DNA from: Bugula neritina
Taxonomy: Eukaryota > Animalia > Bryozoa
Length of the DNA stretch: 64,000 nt
Direction of reading: 5' to 3'
NCBI GenBank assembly: GCA_964035545.1
Contig: OZ037768.1
Span: forward strand, 8,092,741 to 8,156,740
The notes below the pieces were generated by a model. That model saw nothing but the letters and a program-made list of their open reading frames with translations, was not told where the DNA came from and searched no databases. This document shows, in pieces, positions 1 through 12,752 of the stretch (the first letter of the stretch is position 1; every line of letters begins with the position of its first letter). Both the position numbers and the translations under genes were made by a program.

Positions 1-3000
1 GAATATCAAGATCAGGTTTTAACCCAATGACTTTACAACTCAAACAGTCTCGGCCAATCATATCTGCAGGTTGTGTGGCCAGATACTCCAACAAATCAAA
101 ACCAATTAAAAATTTCCAAAAGCTGATTCAAGATGGCTGCCATTTTACTGGGAAAGTGTTGGAATATACTAATTCACATGTGTCTGTTAACTTATGTAAT
201 AAAGTGACCGGAAAAATAAAGTTATTTGAAGAGGCAGCAATCACATCTGCAACATTTCACAAGAATTATTGGAATGCCACCATGGATATATTACACGAAA
301 GCAATCCGAATTTTACTAAAGTTAAAAATAGAACAAAGAGACAGGTTGATTCGTATTTGGTAACGACAAACTGGTTGAAAACCGGTGCTGTCTACTACAT
401 TGAAGTTTTTTTGGTAATTGACAAGGGCACGTACAAGAAACAAGGAAGGTCTGTTGATAATTGTTTTCAAGCAGCACAGAACCTTATTCATGGTTCTAAC
501 GTTTTGATGACCCAAATTGGTCTGTATCTGGTGCTGGTTGGAATTGAAATATGGGACGGAGAAAACAGAATAGAGACGTCACAAAATAATACCCAAACAT
601 TAGCAAATTTTAATGAATATCAATACAAGTATTTGTATGACAGCGGCGCGTATGACACTGTTGTTTTGTTGTCAGATAAATTAGTAAATTTTCCAAAAAA
701 TGGGATCACAAACATTGGTCGCATTTGCACAGCTCAATCATCCGGAATTATTTTGAATGCTAAAAAAAATTTGCAATTATCATCAGTTTCTTTAGCTCAT
801 CAACTCGGTAATCTGCTGGGACTGGCAGACATTCAGTCAAATGAAAGAGATGATTGCGATTGTCCTCGGAAACGAACTTCCAAGTGCATTATGGAAAGTG
901 AAGTATGTAAGTAAATTATACTTAAAGAGTTAGTAAGTATTGAGTAGATATAAAAGTTATATTTGCTAAAACTAAGGAGCCTGTTTGATTAACTGTAAAT
1001 TCCATTACAAGCAACTAAGCTATATTGAGTAAAGTATAACAAAAGTATGATCAGTTAAATGACAATGACCTCTAATAAATAAATAAATGTTTAATAATCT
1101 TAAAGCATAAACTTATAAAATGAAGCAATAATTATTCAATTAAATCAAACATCTGCACAAGTTTTGATACTCATTTGAAAGGGTTCAAATTTAAATAATG
1201 GTAATGACTGCATGCAATGATATCTATAAATATTTGAATACAGGGAATGAGCCAGGCACAAAAATGCAGCATTGCTGGGTTTTTGAGCTTCTTCATCATT
1301 CTTTACGCCAAAACAGTTCAAGTTACTGCTTTACTGCTGCAGTATATATTTTTTTCAACATTATAATCATAGTGCTTATGTGTTAGGAGGTACAATGCCT
1401 GCCTTCCCAAAAATTTGACAAAGAAGTCATCAGTAAATACTAGACAGAATAAGAGTTTGATACTACCTACTGGTTGTAACAACATGTGTGTAGCCATAGT
1501 GCTATATTCTAAAACATTCCATTTATCTACTTTGCTGCAACAAATTAGGGAAGTCTTAAAAGGTCTTATTTGTTTACAGAATATCTCAACTGTGTTTTGT
1601 ATGCTATAGTGAGTTTTGCAAACTGTTATGTGTTGTAGCATTGTCTTCTGAAAATTGGGTGTGGTCACCTTGTTCACAAAAACTACTAAAAAACATTGTG
1701 CTTACCAAGAAATACTTTGCGGGATGTTTGTCAAATAAACCTGAGTTGTGGTCTCCTGCCTATCAATCTAGCACGTGTGGTAATCACATCATTGAACAAG
1801 GTGGGTTGTAGCTACACACACACACGCACACCCACACACCCACACACACACACACACCCACACACACACGCACGCACGCACATATATATAAAGCTGTACA
1901 ACTGTACTGTATAACATATATAGTAACTATGTTTCACTCTTCAGGAGAGGAATGTGACTGTGGTCCAAGTGAACAATGTGATAGCAAATGCTGCATACCA
2001 GAACTTTGCAAACTAAAGAGAGGAGCCGCATGTGCATCAGGTGACTTTATAATATACCTGTGTTTTATCTTCATACAGTTGGCTAAGACATCAACAGTCA
2101 TTATACAGCATGTCACATCACGCAGCTGGTATATAGGCACATAAAATGATAATATTCTAAAGAAACTTTTCTGTATTAATCTACACTAATTAACCAGAGA
2201 AGGCTTTTCATTTTTGAATAATTTACCATTAAAGCATGTAATGTAAAGTAAAATTATTCTCACTAATGCATAATGTTTTATTATACTAAACACAATAACT
2301 CCGTGTAAATAATTACCTTTTGTTATACAAACAAAATGTCATATTTTACAAAATTACAGGTAAAAGATTGAAAGCCCAGCTTTTTTATTATGTTAAATTT
2401 ATAATTAGGTATATAAAGCTGTGAGTACTCAAATATTGAAAAATTTATTCTCATACTTTACATGAGTATAAAAATAGGGCGTTACTGTAGCTAGTCACTA
2501 GTGTGTTTGAATTAATTTTTTGCTTATTTCAAGTGTACAGTACAGCTGCTACGTTAAATTAGATTCCTAGATATGATGTCTTTGTTGCTATTATTTTCAG
2601 GAGCATGTTGTCATACTTCAACCTGTCAAATAAGAAATGCTCGCCATATTTGCCGTAGAAAGGCGGAAGCTTGCGATGTAGAGGAAACATGTGATGGTCG
2701 GTCAGAATGGTGTCCTCCAGATTCTCACCAACCAAATGGTCTCCCATGTTTTAATGAAGACAGTGCTTTCTGTTACAATGGATCTTGTAATTCTCACAAA
2801 TCACAGTGCATGCAAATATATGGCAAAAATGCTACTAATGCAAAAATTGTATTGTATGAAGCTATGAACTGGGCAGGTAAATTTGAGCTTAATTACAAGT
2901 TGAATCGTGTGCGTGTAACAGTGTAGTTTAGCTTGTTGAATACCTTGTATGTGATGTAAATTTAAAATTACCACAATTATTCAACCTTACATTTCAAATA

Positions 3001-4578
3001 AGCAAACCCTACGATATATAAATTATAACAATTAATATGAATTATAAATAGACTTGAGGACTTTGATATTAAAATACTAAAACCTTGAATTAATACTATG
3101 AAAGTTATTCTCCTTAAAAAATAAATATATTTTCAGTAATTTCTACAGCGGTTTGATGGGAAAAATAGAAAATGTGTTTTTTTACAAATTATAAACAATT
3201 TGCTTTTATGTTAACACTGCAATTTGTATCTTCTGACAACTGGTAAATAAATAAACAAGTGTTATATATGCCTTGTTGTGCATTTTTTAGTATACAAAAA
3301 ACAAATTTTCGTCAAAACAATATTTATGATAAATTCAATGTCATTATTTAAACTTTAGGTACAGTTGAAGGAAATTGTGGGTGGAAAGCAGTTGCATCAT
3401 CAGGCGAGGGCGTAGAGTATGTTTACGAGAAGTGTGAATCTGTTAAGGACGCACCATGTGGGTTGTTACACTGCAGAGATAAAAGTTCGACAAAATTGAA
3501 ACTAAAACAGCAATATATATTCAAATCTAAAAGAAAGATTTTTGGAAAGTCCATCTCACAAATAATGTTTGATGTTGGTGAGATCACATAGCAACATTAT
3601 AGTAATTATGATAAATCGTTTTTAAGAAAAAATAGTTAGATTATATACAACATAATTTAATGCTGATTTGGTGAGCATATATTTATAGCGTCTACTAAGG
3701 GTACACAGTAAATGTAGGCTTTTATTTGATTATACATCCATGCGTATTGCATAAAACAGTGGGTATCATTATCGTCACTACATGAGAACTTATTATTGCT
3801 TGAAATCCAAAAATTGCTTATGACTGCAGCTGCAGCAACACGTTAAACTTTAAAGTTATAAACCCAGTCTAAGTTTAGCTCATACAAATCTCGATTTGAT
3901 CTAAATATGCTTTAAAAACATTAATTTAACATCATATATATCAATAATCATGTACTATTTTCTAAATTAACAGCATGTTTTTATCGTTATTATAACATTT
4001 TGCCTGAGAAATTTTTACTATTTTTTCAATTTTAGAGCAAAATAGGAACAAAGTTTTAAAAGGCTATAAAAACATATTGGAATTATTACATAAATCCACT
4101 TTAGATCGATGTGTTGTATAAGAGTTTTTTCAATTAATGACCTAATTTTAACTCAACAGAAAGTATGAAGTTTGATAATGGTCAAGTTTGGAATGGTGCC
4201 AAATGTGCTAAAAATATGATGTGTTTGGATTCGAAATGTGTGCCAGTCGATACGCAAGTTAGAGAAATTAGAACCAATAGGAGGCAGAATCTTGTCGCCG
4301 ATAATCCTAGTACAACTATCTCGACGGATAAAAGCTCTATGAATTTACTCATTCTGTTTTTTGTGGTCATAGCAGGGGTGAGAATCTCACTACAACTCTA
4401 CAATATAGTTTTCTTTTAAAAAACTTACTACAACGTTATATTATGTTGACAAAACGAATGCGTTGAATTATTGCTATAAGAACAATTTTGTTTCTTTTAG
4501 GCACTAATGATGGTCGTGTGTACACTTGTTTACAGGCACAAAAACAGAGCAGGACAACTTCAAAATGTAAAAAGTTAA
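1..4578 (+). CDS. ADAM-like gene A (pro + catalytically dead metalloprotease + disintegrin + Cys-rich + TM, no EGF domain), 5'-partial
   Basis: Exons <1-906, 1639-1800, 1945-2040, 2601-2876, 3359-3577, 4160-4377, 4501-4578; all GT-AG and phase-consistent. Furin site RTKR, VLVGIEIWD, zinc motif degenerate (HQLGNLLGLAD, 798-830), Met-turn CIM, CGN...GEECDCG, disintegrin loop [40 protein letters not shown] and a short basic tail. Confidence 0.9.
1813..1888. repeat. (CA)n/(CACG)/(CACC) microsatellite
   Basis: Directly visible in intron 2 of gene A. Confidence 0.95.
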
Positions 4579-4692
4579 AATAAGAACTTTCATATTTTTA
4601 CTAATATGCATTATATGCAGTTTAACTCAAACTTTAAATACAATATGTGCATGTACTTCTTAATATTTGGTTATATATTCATTACATTCAAC

Positions 4693-5732
4693 CAATTTTT
4701 TTTACATTGACAAATAATATATCTACTTCAGTAAAGCTTTCGTTTTTTCTGTCTTATATCTGCAATAATATATGCAAGTACTTCTTTTAAACAACTTCTA
4801 GTTGGTTTTCATGGTTGTTGAACTTGATTAAAAGACTTGTTATATGTAATTTCTCTTGCAAAAAACCTACTTTATGTTGAAAAATAATGCATTTATTTTG
4901 GCAAAGCTTTGGTGCTGGCATTTGCACTCTGACTAAACTCAAATTGATCATTAATAGACATTCTCAAAATGGAAACTTTTTAAGTTGAATAATCACAAAT
5001 TGAAGTACTTTATGCAATTGTGAAACTGGCTTTCAGGGGAAGATTATAATTGACCTTTACCTGCATGATCTGTTAGCTGCATACATGCACCCCCATATAT
5101 GTTATAATAATTAGCATTAACTGCAGAAACGTTGCGTCCTGCTTTCTTGTGTTGAGTCTTGTAATCTTTATGATAACACAACAGCACCCCACACATGGTA
5201 TCTTCCTCTCTTCCACTCCTGCATAATACATTTTTTCTTCCTGTACAATTTCTTTCTTCATTTTGTAAAGTATAAAAAATCTATATGCAATAATATTAAA
5301 GAGTATTTAGCTGAAACAAAAAGCAATTCCTAATAGCTATTATGCATAAAAAATATTACATTGCGCAATAAAAGCTTCAAATCAATTGAAAAAAATGTTT
5401 ATGTTTGAGAATTACTAATCTCTAGAAACAGATTCACAGCTGAAGCTAAAAAATACTTTTTATAGACAGCTCTGTCTAATTCTCCAGCCTCACTCTCAGG
5501 CCCACTGCCTGTGCTGATGTTATAATAATATGAAAATTGGCTCACAATTTCTACACACTTTGAGTGAAGACACGTTTCATTCCGCCTGCACAATGCACCA
5601 TTCCGCACTTGGCCAGCATCTGTTTCTCATACCTAAAATATATTATGCAGAACTTTGTTCAAGTCAAATTTGTTTCTATTTGACTTTCAATTTTCTTTAC
5701 ATTGACAAATAATAGATCTACTTCAGTAAAGC
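4693..5732 (+). repeat. ~45-bp direct repeat pair (4693-4737 and 5688-5732)
   Basis: caatttt(t/c)tttacattgacaaataata(t/g)atctacttcagtaaagc occurs twice with about 2 differences. Confidence 0.85.
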
Positions 5733-6380
5733 ATTCTAGCTATTTTTAAATTAAAGGTCTAAATAAAATGTTACCTCCAAATGAGTTCATTATACAAGCT
5801 GCAGAAAGAAAGTTATCATTTGTTGAGCAAGAACACCGGTTATAGTGTCTATATGCTCATTGTTGTGATATAATCCGAGGATGTGTCCAGGTTCATGGGC
5901 AAGTACATGTCCAGTATAACCTTTTTGCATTTGGAATCAACCAATTGCTCTTTTATTTTTACATATTTCACCTAGCTCACTAATTCCAACAGTATTATAA
6001 AACTTTCATGCTGTCATCACCATTACTGCATCATTGTGCCACAGCCACAAATGTGCTGCTTGATATTCGTGTATCAATTGAAAATATGTATTAGGATGAT
6101 AATACATTTTTATTTTATTAGCTATTGAATAAAGAAACCTATCTCCAGTATTTCACACTTCAATCCCAACTAACACAACATGGATATAAATCCTATTGTA
6201 AAGTTTGTTAGCTTCTCTTATTACTTGCACTGCTGAATTTGTACAAGCTTGAACTGAAAAGCGTAGTTTCTCGCATACTGAATAGTCAACAATCAAGTAA
6301 ATTTCTCCAAAACAAAAATGGATATCTGCAAAATTGTTTTTGTTATTTGCCATAGCTGGTTATTTAGTCTTGAACCTTTG
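5399..6380 (-). pseudogene. ADAM pseudogene B (metalloprotease domain plus last Cys-rich exon; prodomain and middle exons missing)
   Basis: QRFKTK*, EIYLIVD...VVLVGIEV* (W replaced by stop), frameshifts, HEPGHILGLYH (5865-5897), CIMNSFG then a donor after 5775. The next recognisable exon (GQVRNGALC...CLHSKC) lies only ~140 bp away and out of frame. Confidence 0.85.
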
Positions 6381-8216
6381 GAAGCTATACGTTTGATACT
6401 GAGACAGTATAATATGACGTATATATAAGCATATGAATACCAAAAAGTCTTTTACAAACATCTTCTTACCAAGCAAGGCAAAAGGGGTTGATTATTAAGC
6501 TACCCATTTTTTAACAACTGTAATCGTATGAGTAAAAATCATCAAATAAAGGCAAACATATTTCGGAGAATAATGATTGCTCCATCAGAATGTATACAAC
6601 TTAGATAATGGTTTAGATTCAGTAAGCTAGAATGAAGATGCTTTATTATTTTCTTTATAGACAACTAAGCTAAATGAGCTTCAGTTATGCCTGCAGTTAT
6701 AGTTTACAATGTATAAGCAATTAAACAAATGTTACACATGCCAAAACTCAATATAGCTACAGGAAATTGCTTTTAATTCTAAGAACAGCAATAATAAATA
6801 ATCGTGTTAGTAGGTTAATAACATTGGGTGTTGCGTAACATCGGGCTATTTATCATAGATTAGTATTTGCAGATGCAAGGTTTTTAACCTGCAACTCTAG
6901 TAGCATGTATTTGATTGGGCTTAACAAATCATAATATTATATTCAGCTGAAAATTATTGTAGGTATGTGTATATAGAAATTAAATTTACCCTTGGAATCT
7001 TTCTAAATAACTATAACATTCATTTCACAAAATTGCATGAAGTTCGTGTGTTTAATTGTTGATTTTCTTAAATATTCTATAAATTTAGAATTTTGTAAAT
7101 TACATGCAAAGTGATATTTTTTTAAATTACTAAACATTATGAAAATTAAAATGCTTCCAGTTTTACCATTTGAAATATAAAATAACATTTGATAAAACAG
7201 GGTCAATAGCTTCTACCATTTTTGTTTAAGATTATTTTTGTGATCTGAATTAAAGCCTTTATGATGTGAACAATTAATTAAAATTGTTATAAGAAAAGTT
7301 AGCAACAATCTTAGATTCAGCAACATTATATATGAAATGAAAGTAAAATCAAACCTACCAGGACTAATAGAGCTGCTCCTGTAGACTTTTGACCTGCAAG
7401 TTGCCAATCCTATCCGAAACACCTGGGAAGGAATCAATGCCGTAGTAAGATTACCTCTTATATGATACAGCAGATTGATTAACAGCTTGTGTATAGCTGA
7501 ACCTGTCATTTCTCTTCTCAGCCAACTCTTTACAACCACATAGCAATCTTGACTGAATTAGATTAATTCAATTGAATAGAGGCTGCCAGATACGCAGGCG
7601 AAATTTACTACATACCACTCATGCAGAAGCAAGTGGATCGTGTTTTTGCATCTTTAAATTATATAACATTGTCCCCTGAGACATCTTTATTTGTTCCAAG
7701 ATTACTTTATAATAGTATCTCAAGTAATGGAATAATGCAATCAAAGGTTTTCCAATCAGTGTTTTCATAACAGCATTTGGGATTTGATACAGAGCAAGCA
7801 AATCCCTAGAAAATGCTTTCGTTCAGACAATTGGTGTGTACTAGTGATTTGCAAGGTAAAGATGGTTTGTGTAATGACATGTGCTGCATATTTTCATCAG
7901 CCAATATCTCTAATGCACACAGGGAAGAATATTTCCCAAAAGCCTTCTTCTTACATTCGTGTCTCTCTCCCGTGATTCAGCTGCACGTTCATAAAACAGA
8001 TGCCATTGCAGTTTCACTTTTGGCATCTGTTTCAGCTGGTATATATCAATATGTATTGTGTTATTTTGTCATAAACCTGTGTAGACAAGCTGTGTGTATG
8101 TGTAGAGCACTGAAATGAAATCACTTATGGCAAAAAACATATAGCAAAACAAGCAAGTTTCTAAAAACAAATTTTTTTCTGATAATTTTAAATAAATCAT
8201 AATTATTTATTTTTGG

Positions 8217-8510
8217 TCACCTACCACAAAAATGTATTGGTTTTTAAAGGTCTATGTTATGTTATTGTATTTTTGAAATTAATTATTGTTTTTAGTTTTG
8301 CTGGTGCCATGCGGTGTTAACACACTAAAATGATGCACCACTATATATATCTACTTTTAATCTAGATTTTATAATACCTTCAAACTTTCGCATGAAATAA
8401 TTATGAACATTATGTAATTAAAACCTACCAGAAGTAGAATTTGAAAATTTAATGTAAGATATTGCTTAAGCGTTTTATATAATTGCACTAAGAATGGCAA
8501 TTAATATGAA
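8217..8510 (+). repeat. Diverged single relic of the ~770-bp tandem-array unit
   Basis: tcacctaccaca...tattggtttttaaagg...caaactttcgcatgaaataattatgaacattatgtaattaaaacct aligns by eye with array unit 8 (about 18835-19130). Confidence 0.75.
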
Positions 8511-8944
8511 TTATGTAACAGAAGATTTTTGTTCAAAGAATTCAAAGGATCTTTTTTTGGGTAAAAGCTTAGTGTAAAAACTTTTTGCAATAACCTTTTA
8601 TGAAAGCTTTTTTGTGAAAGCTGTTTTTTTAAAATGCTTTAGCAATAGCTTTTTTATTATTAGCTATTTTTGTTATGGCATGAGTCAGTACAGCTAAGCA
8701 AGTGAAGGAGAAAAGTTGGCTCCACTCACATCTCTTATAGTTTTCCTCTCGCTATCTGATGGATATAACTTATCAGTTTTTATTTACAAAATAAATGTGA
8801 GTATTATGTTACGTTTTGTAAATGTTTTGATTTAAGATAACAGTTCTGTCTAAGCAATACTTGTAATAAATTAGTGTAAATTCAATCAAATTATTTATGC
8901 TTGTCTTGTATATAGAAATATAGACTGTTGACAATAAACAATAA

Positions 8945-9430
8945 CTTGAGTTAGTGTGCAGCATCTGCATGCACCCTAAGCATAGGCATTTGTGCGATCA
9001 CTGTTACTATGACAAAGCATATTCATGATGTTTATTTCCACATTTTGAAGATCATTGTGCATCAGAGCACATGAACTTTTTTATACTTTTATATTGTTTA
9101 CAATTTCACTTAGGCTTACTGGTTAGAGTTGAAAATATTATGTATGTATAAATTTATTTGCACGAAAAATACTTTAAATGGACAAATTCAATTTTTTTAT
9201 TCCTAGATTTTATAAAAAGCTATAATTATTTTTATATATAGTAATATCTTACAATAGGTTAATCTTTACTATGACTTAGGTATATGCCTATGCCAACTAA
9301 AGTCTAACAGAAATGGTAACTTTGAAACATTTGAGCAACTACTAATATGTTGAATGTTCTGCAAGGCTCAAACCCAGCTATGTATTCAAACCACAGTGCG
9401 TTATCAGAGCTTATGCTTATAAACTGCTGT
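8945..9430 (+). repeat. Diverged duplicate of the integrase-gene 3' flank (12763-13310)
   Basis: ttgagtt(a/g)gtgtgcagcatctg...ctaagcataggcat(t/c)tgtgc...tgtttacaattt...tataattattttta...tctaaca(g/a)aaatgg is collinear in both copies. Confidence 0.8.
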
Positions 9431-10386
9431 AGTACACCAAGTCTAATAGTATATACAATTTTGTTTTTGAGCATAAGTTTTGAAGAACTATTTCACCAAT
9501 CTAAAGACTAGCAACATCAAAGTCAGTCATATGTTACTGTCTTTGTACATTAACATCAATTAATGCATAAACATTTTACTCACTAAGGTAGAGCTATTTT
9601 TTAATATATTGCTTATGTTGATGCTTGAACTAGGAATGGCAATTAATGTGGTTTGACTATTACTAGGTTTAACAATAGTGCATAATTAAACTTTAAACTA
9701 AACCTGGAATAACTTACAATTTGTGGAAGCAGATAATTTAAATTAACAATTTTGTCAAACAAGAAAATTTGGAAATTGATTGAAATTGAGTTAGTGTAAT
9801 TCAAATGATTTAAACAGGTGAAATTAACATTTGGTTACTTTGTTATGCAAGTAAATCTATTTACATTATTAAAAGAAAGCTTTTGCTCAACAAAACATCT
9901 ACGTATGTGATTTGTTTTGTATTTAAGTCATTTGAATTATTCATTTATCTCAGTTAATAGGCTATATAGTTTGTTGTATATTTATGATTTCATGACTGTA
10001 ATGGTAGCACTCAAGACTAAATTGTTTTGTGAGATAAACCTGGGATTTACTTCCCAAAAAAAACAAAACTAGTTTTGTATATATCTGACAACAATATATT
10101 TATATATTATAAATAAGCCACAATAATAAAAAATTTACTATAGCAATAACACCCAAGCCAACCACAAAAATGTAATCCTTCATTCTTTGAGTTTTACTGT
10201 GCTAGCTATGCTAAGAACTCACTAACAACAACAATGGGATCAATATTGATGATTAAAGAGAATTATGCATTAATTTCTAGTCACTGCTCCCAACTCCACA
10301 ATGCTCCAAATGTTGTCCTCTTCCAACTCTTCTAATAGTTGCTGTTTCCAAATTGCACTTTCCTTTTATAGCTGCCAGCCTGGCAA

Positions 10387-10487
10387 CACCCGGAAGTCTT
10401 AAAAGATATTGTTACTTCAGATTAGTTAAGACCACTACCAATTAGCCTACAGCTGCAAACGGGAAAAATCATAGGAAGCAGGTATGG
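10387..10487 (+). promoter_or_regulatory. Putative promoter and non-coding first exon of the integrase-like gene (ETS-type CCGGAAGT; donor AG|GTATGG at 10482)
   Basis: CCGGAAGT at 10390-10397 in a locally GC-richer patch, a donor-like site at 10482, and an acceptor catctttag ~20 nt before the ATG at 11439. Confidence 0.4.
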
Positions 10488-10597
10488 TTATTTGAAGGCA
10501 GTCTACTGCTACTTCATTCATTTGAGGATCTTTTTGCAGGTTGCATCAGCAAGTAATATTACCCAGCTATAACCAATATTTTAAAATATAACTTTAA

Positions 10598-10599
<2 letters not shown>

Positions 10600-10670
<71 letters not shown>
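10600..10670. repeat. (TA)n microsatellite
   Basis: About 35 perfect TA units. Confidence 0.98.
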
Positions 10671-10673
<3 letters not shown>

Positions 10674-11438
10674 AGTAAGGTTCAAACAAAACCTTCTACT
10701 TGTAAGGGTGACCACAGTGGCATGATAATCATTGTCTTATGGAGTTTTACAAAAAAAGTTTCGGTAGGATGATATATATATATGACTACAAATTTATTGC
10801 ATATTGGTATTGATGCATATTGATACATAATTTATATGATGCCTGCAAGTAACTTTTAACTCCTGCAAGTGATTTTGGTGACCTACATACCTTCAAGAAT
10901 TTTGGTTATCATTGTATTGGGCAAATCACTGCTGCTGTTGCTTGGCCACCAAATAGATATGATAGATATCTGTAAGTAGCTTGTAGCTTTAATAATTTAC
11001 ATCAAAGATTCTTCCACCACATAGTATTTGGGTGTATAAGGTTTGATCACCATTTCATATCATTCCAGATGCTCTCATAGCAGCGTAATCCAGAAACACA
11101 TCTCCGAGTTGTAAAGAGAGTGGGGGGGGTGTTTTTTAGAGAATATAACCTAAAATCTGTAGCATACCTTTCAATCTATAGCTCTCATTCCATGCAACTT
11201 ACATTATCATGTCATAAGTGTTAAAAAATGCTATAAATAATGTGTCGTTTCTTGGTATTTCTGTTAATGCCAATTGCAATATCTCCTAAAAAAGATGCCA
11301 ATTAAAAAAACCCAACTGGGAGTATGAGCTTATATATTTAGTTACCAGTAGTTAACTGGTGTCTGATCATTGGCTTACTTGCACCTTGTGTTCACACTTC
11401 ACCTCTTTCATCTTTAGAAATACTGAGACAAAGATACC

Positions 11439-12752
11439 ATGGAGGAAAATCAAGAACCAAAAATACAGTTCTACAGATTGGTAGAAGAGCATATCAAGAA
11501 TTTTAGTCTTAGCAAGCAAAGGAGTTTTTACATCACTCAGGACACGTACAACAAGGCTCTCGAAGCTATACGCTTACCAAAAGGAATGAAGTGCCCTGAA
11601 GGAATTTCCTTCAAGTTTTGGGCCCGTAAAAAATTCATGATCCAAGAAGTTGAATCTGGGGTGATACTTTGCTGTATAAAAACATCGTCTCCTGTTGTGG
11701 CCAAGGAAGATATTTTCGACACTATAAAACGGCATGTTGTCCTTAATTTTCTTTTAATGTTTCTGAAACACTTCCTTGTTTTAGATTAAAAGTATAATGA
11801 TTTTTACAATGTACTGTAAAAGTTATCTTCATATATTTTCAGCTGTCACATAAGAGTGGGCCATTCTGGTAGAGATAAAACGTGGGAAGAAGCAAAGAGG
11901 AACTACTCGAATATTAGTTATGACATGATCTCCTTGTTTCTCCAAACCTGCGCAGAATGCTCTACACCAGTTTCCAAGACAAAACCACATGCAAAAGAAT
12001 CAATTATTTCTCCCGCTTATATGACAATAATGCAGATTGAACTAAATGACATGACCAGCAGGCCAGACCAGGACTACAAGTGGATACTGCACATGTGCGA
12101 CCACTTCAGCAAATTCAGTTGGACTTATCCCCTGACATCCAAGAATGCTGCAGAAGTAGCAGAAAAATTGGTCCAGACCTTTTTTGTGTTTGGAGCACCA
12201 CATATTCTACAGTCGAACAATGACAAAGAGCTTGTTGCTGGTGTCATCAGTGAACTCACCAAGAAGTGGCCAGGCCTTGCGATTACCCATGAACAGCCTC
12301 CACATCTCCAATCTCAGAGTTCCATAGAAATAAGCAATAAAGATTTGCAAATGAAATTGGAAAAATGGCTGGAAGAGCATCCGGAAAAAAGGTGGGTTGA
12401 AGGTCTTCCATACATCACATGTGCCATGAACGCTTCTGTTAGTGTGACAAAAGGCAAATTACCCTATGAAGAGGTATTTAAGCACTCACCACATATAAAC
12501 AGTGCTGAGCTTGAAAGTCTCGCAGGCCAGGAAGTTCAACATAAAGAAGACAGATCAAAGGTCTCCACAAGAATTGTAGCTGAGGAAAACAAGTCAGAGC
12601 TGGTGAAAAAACCCTGGTCAACCATCGACCAGGCAGCAGTCTCCTCAATAGCCGGCCCTTCTTCCAAGCTGCAGCCCTTGAACGAGCCTGGAGCACCCAA
12701 CAGCCAATTGCAACACAGTAGAGTCAGCCGAAGCCAGAGAAGGTCCTGCTAG
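11439..12752 (+). CDS. Integrase/transposase-derived protein (KRBA2/SCAND3/Ginger-type HHCC zinc finger + rve core), ~400 aa, degenerate DDE triad
   Basis: Exons 11439-11731 and 11843-12752 joined by a phase-2 GC-AG intron give IFDTIKRCHIRVGHSGRDKT...CAEC (HHCC), then QIELNDM...WILHMCDHFSKF...PLTSKNAAEVA...FGAPHILQSNNDKE...QSQSSIEISN. No stops or frameshifts within the CDS. Confidence 0.85.

Noticed and set aside
1198-1609. Candidate extra exon(s) of ADAM gene A
   Set aside because: The exon 1639-1800 already supplies the WSPCS...CL...CGN segment in the correct phase; these ORFs lack the family motifs.
7200-8120. Possible gene in a GC-richer stretch with several 60-108 aa ORFs
   Set aside because: No recognisable domain, and stops interrupt the frames I read; probably decayed TE or pseudogene sequence, left uncalled.
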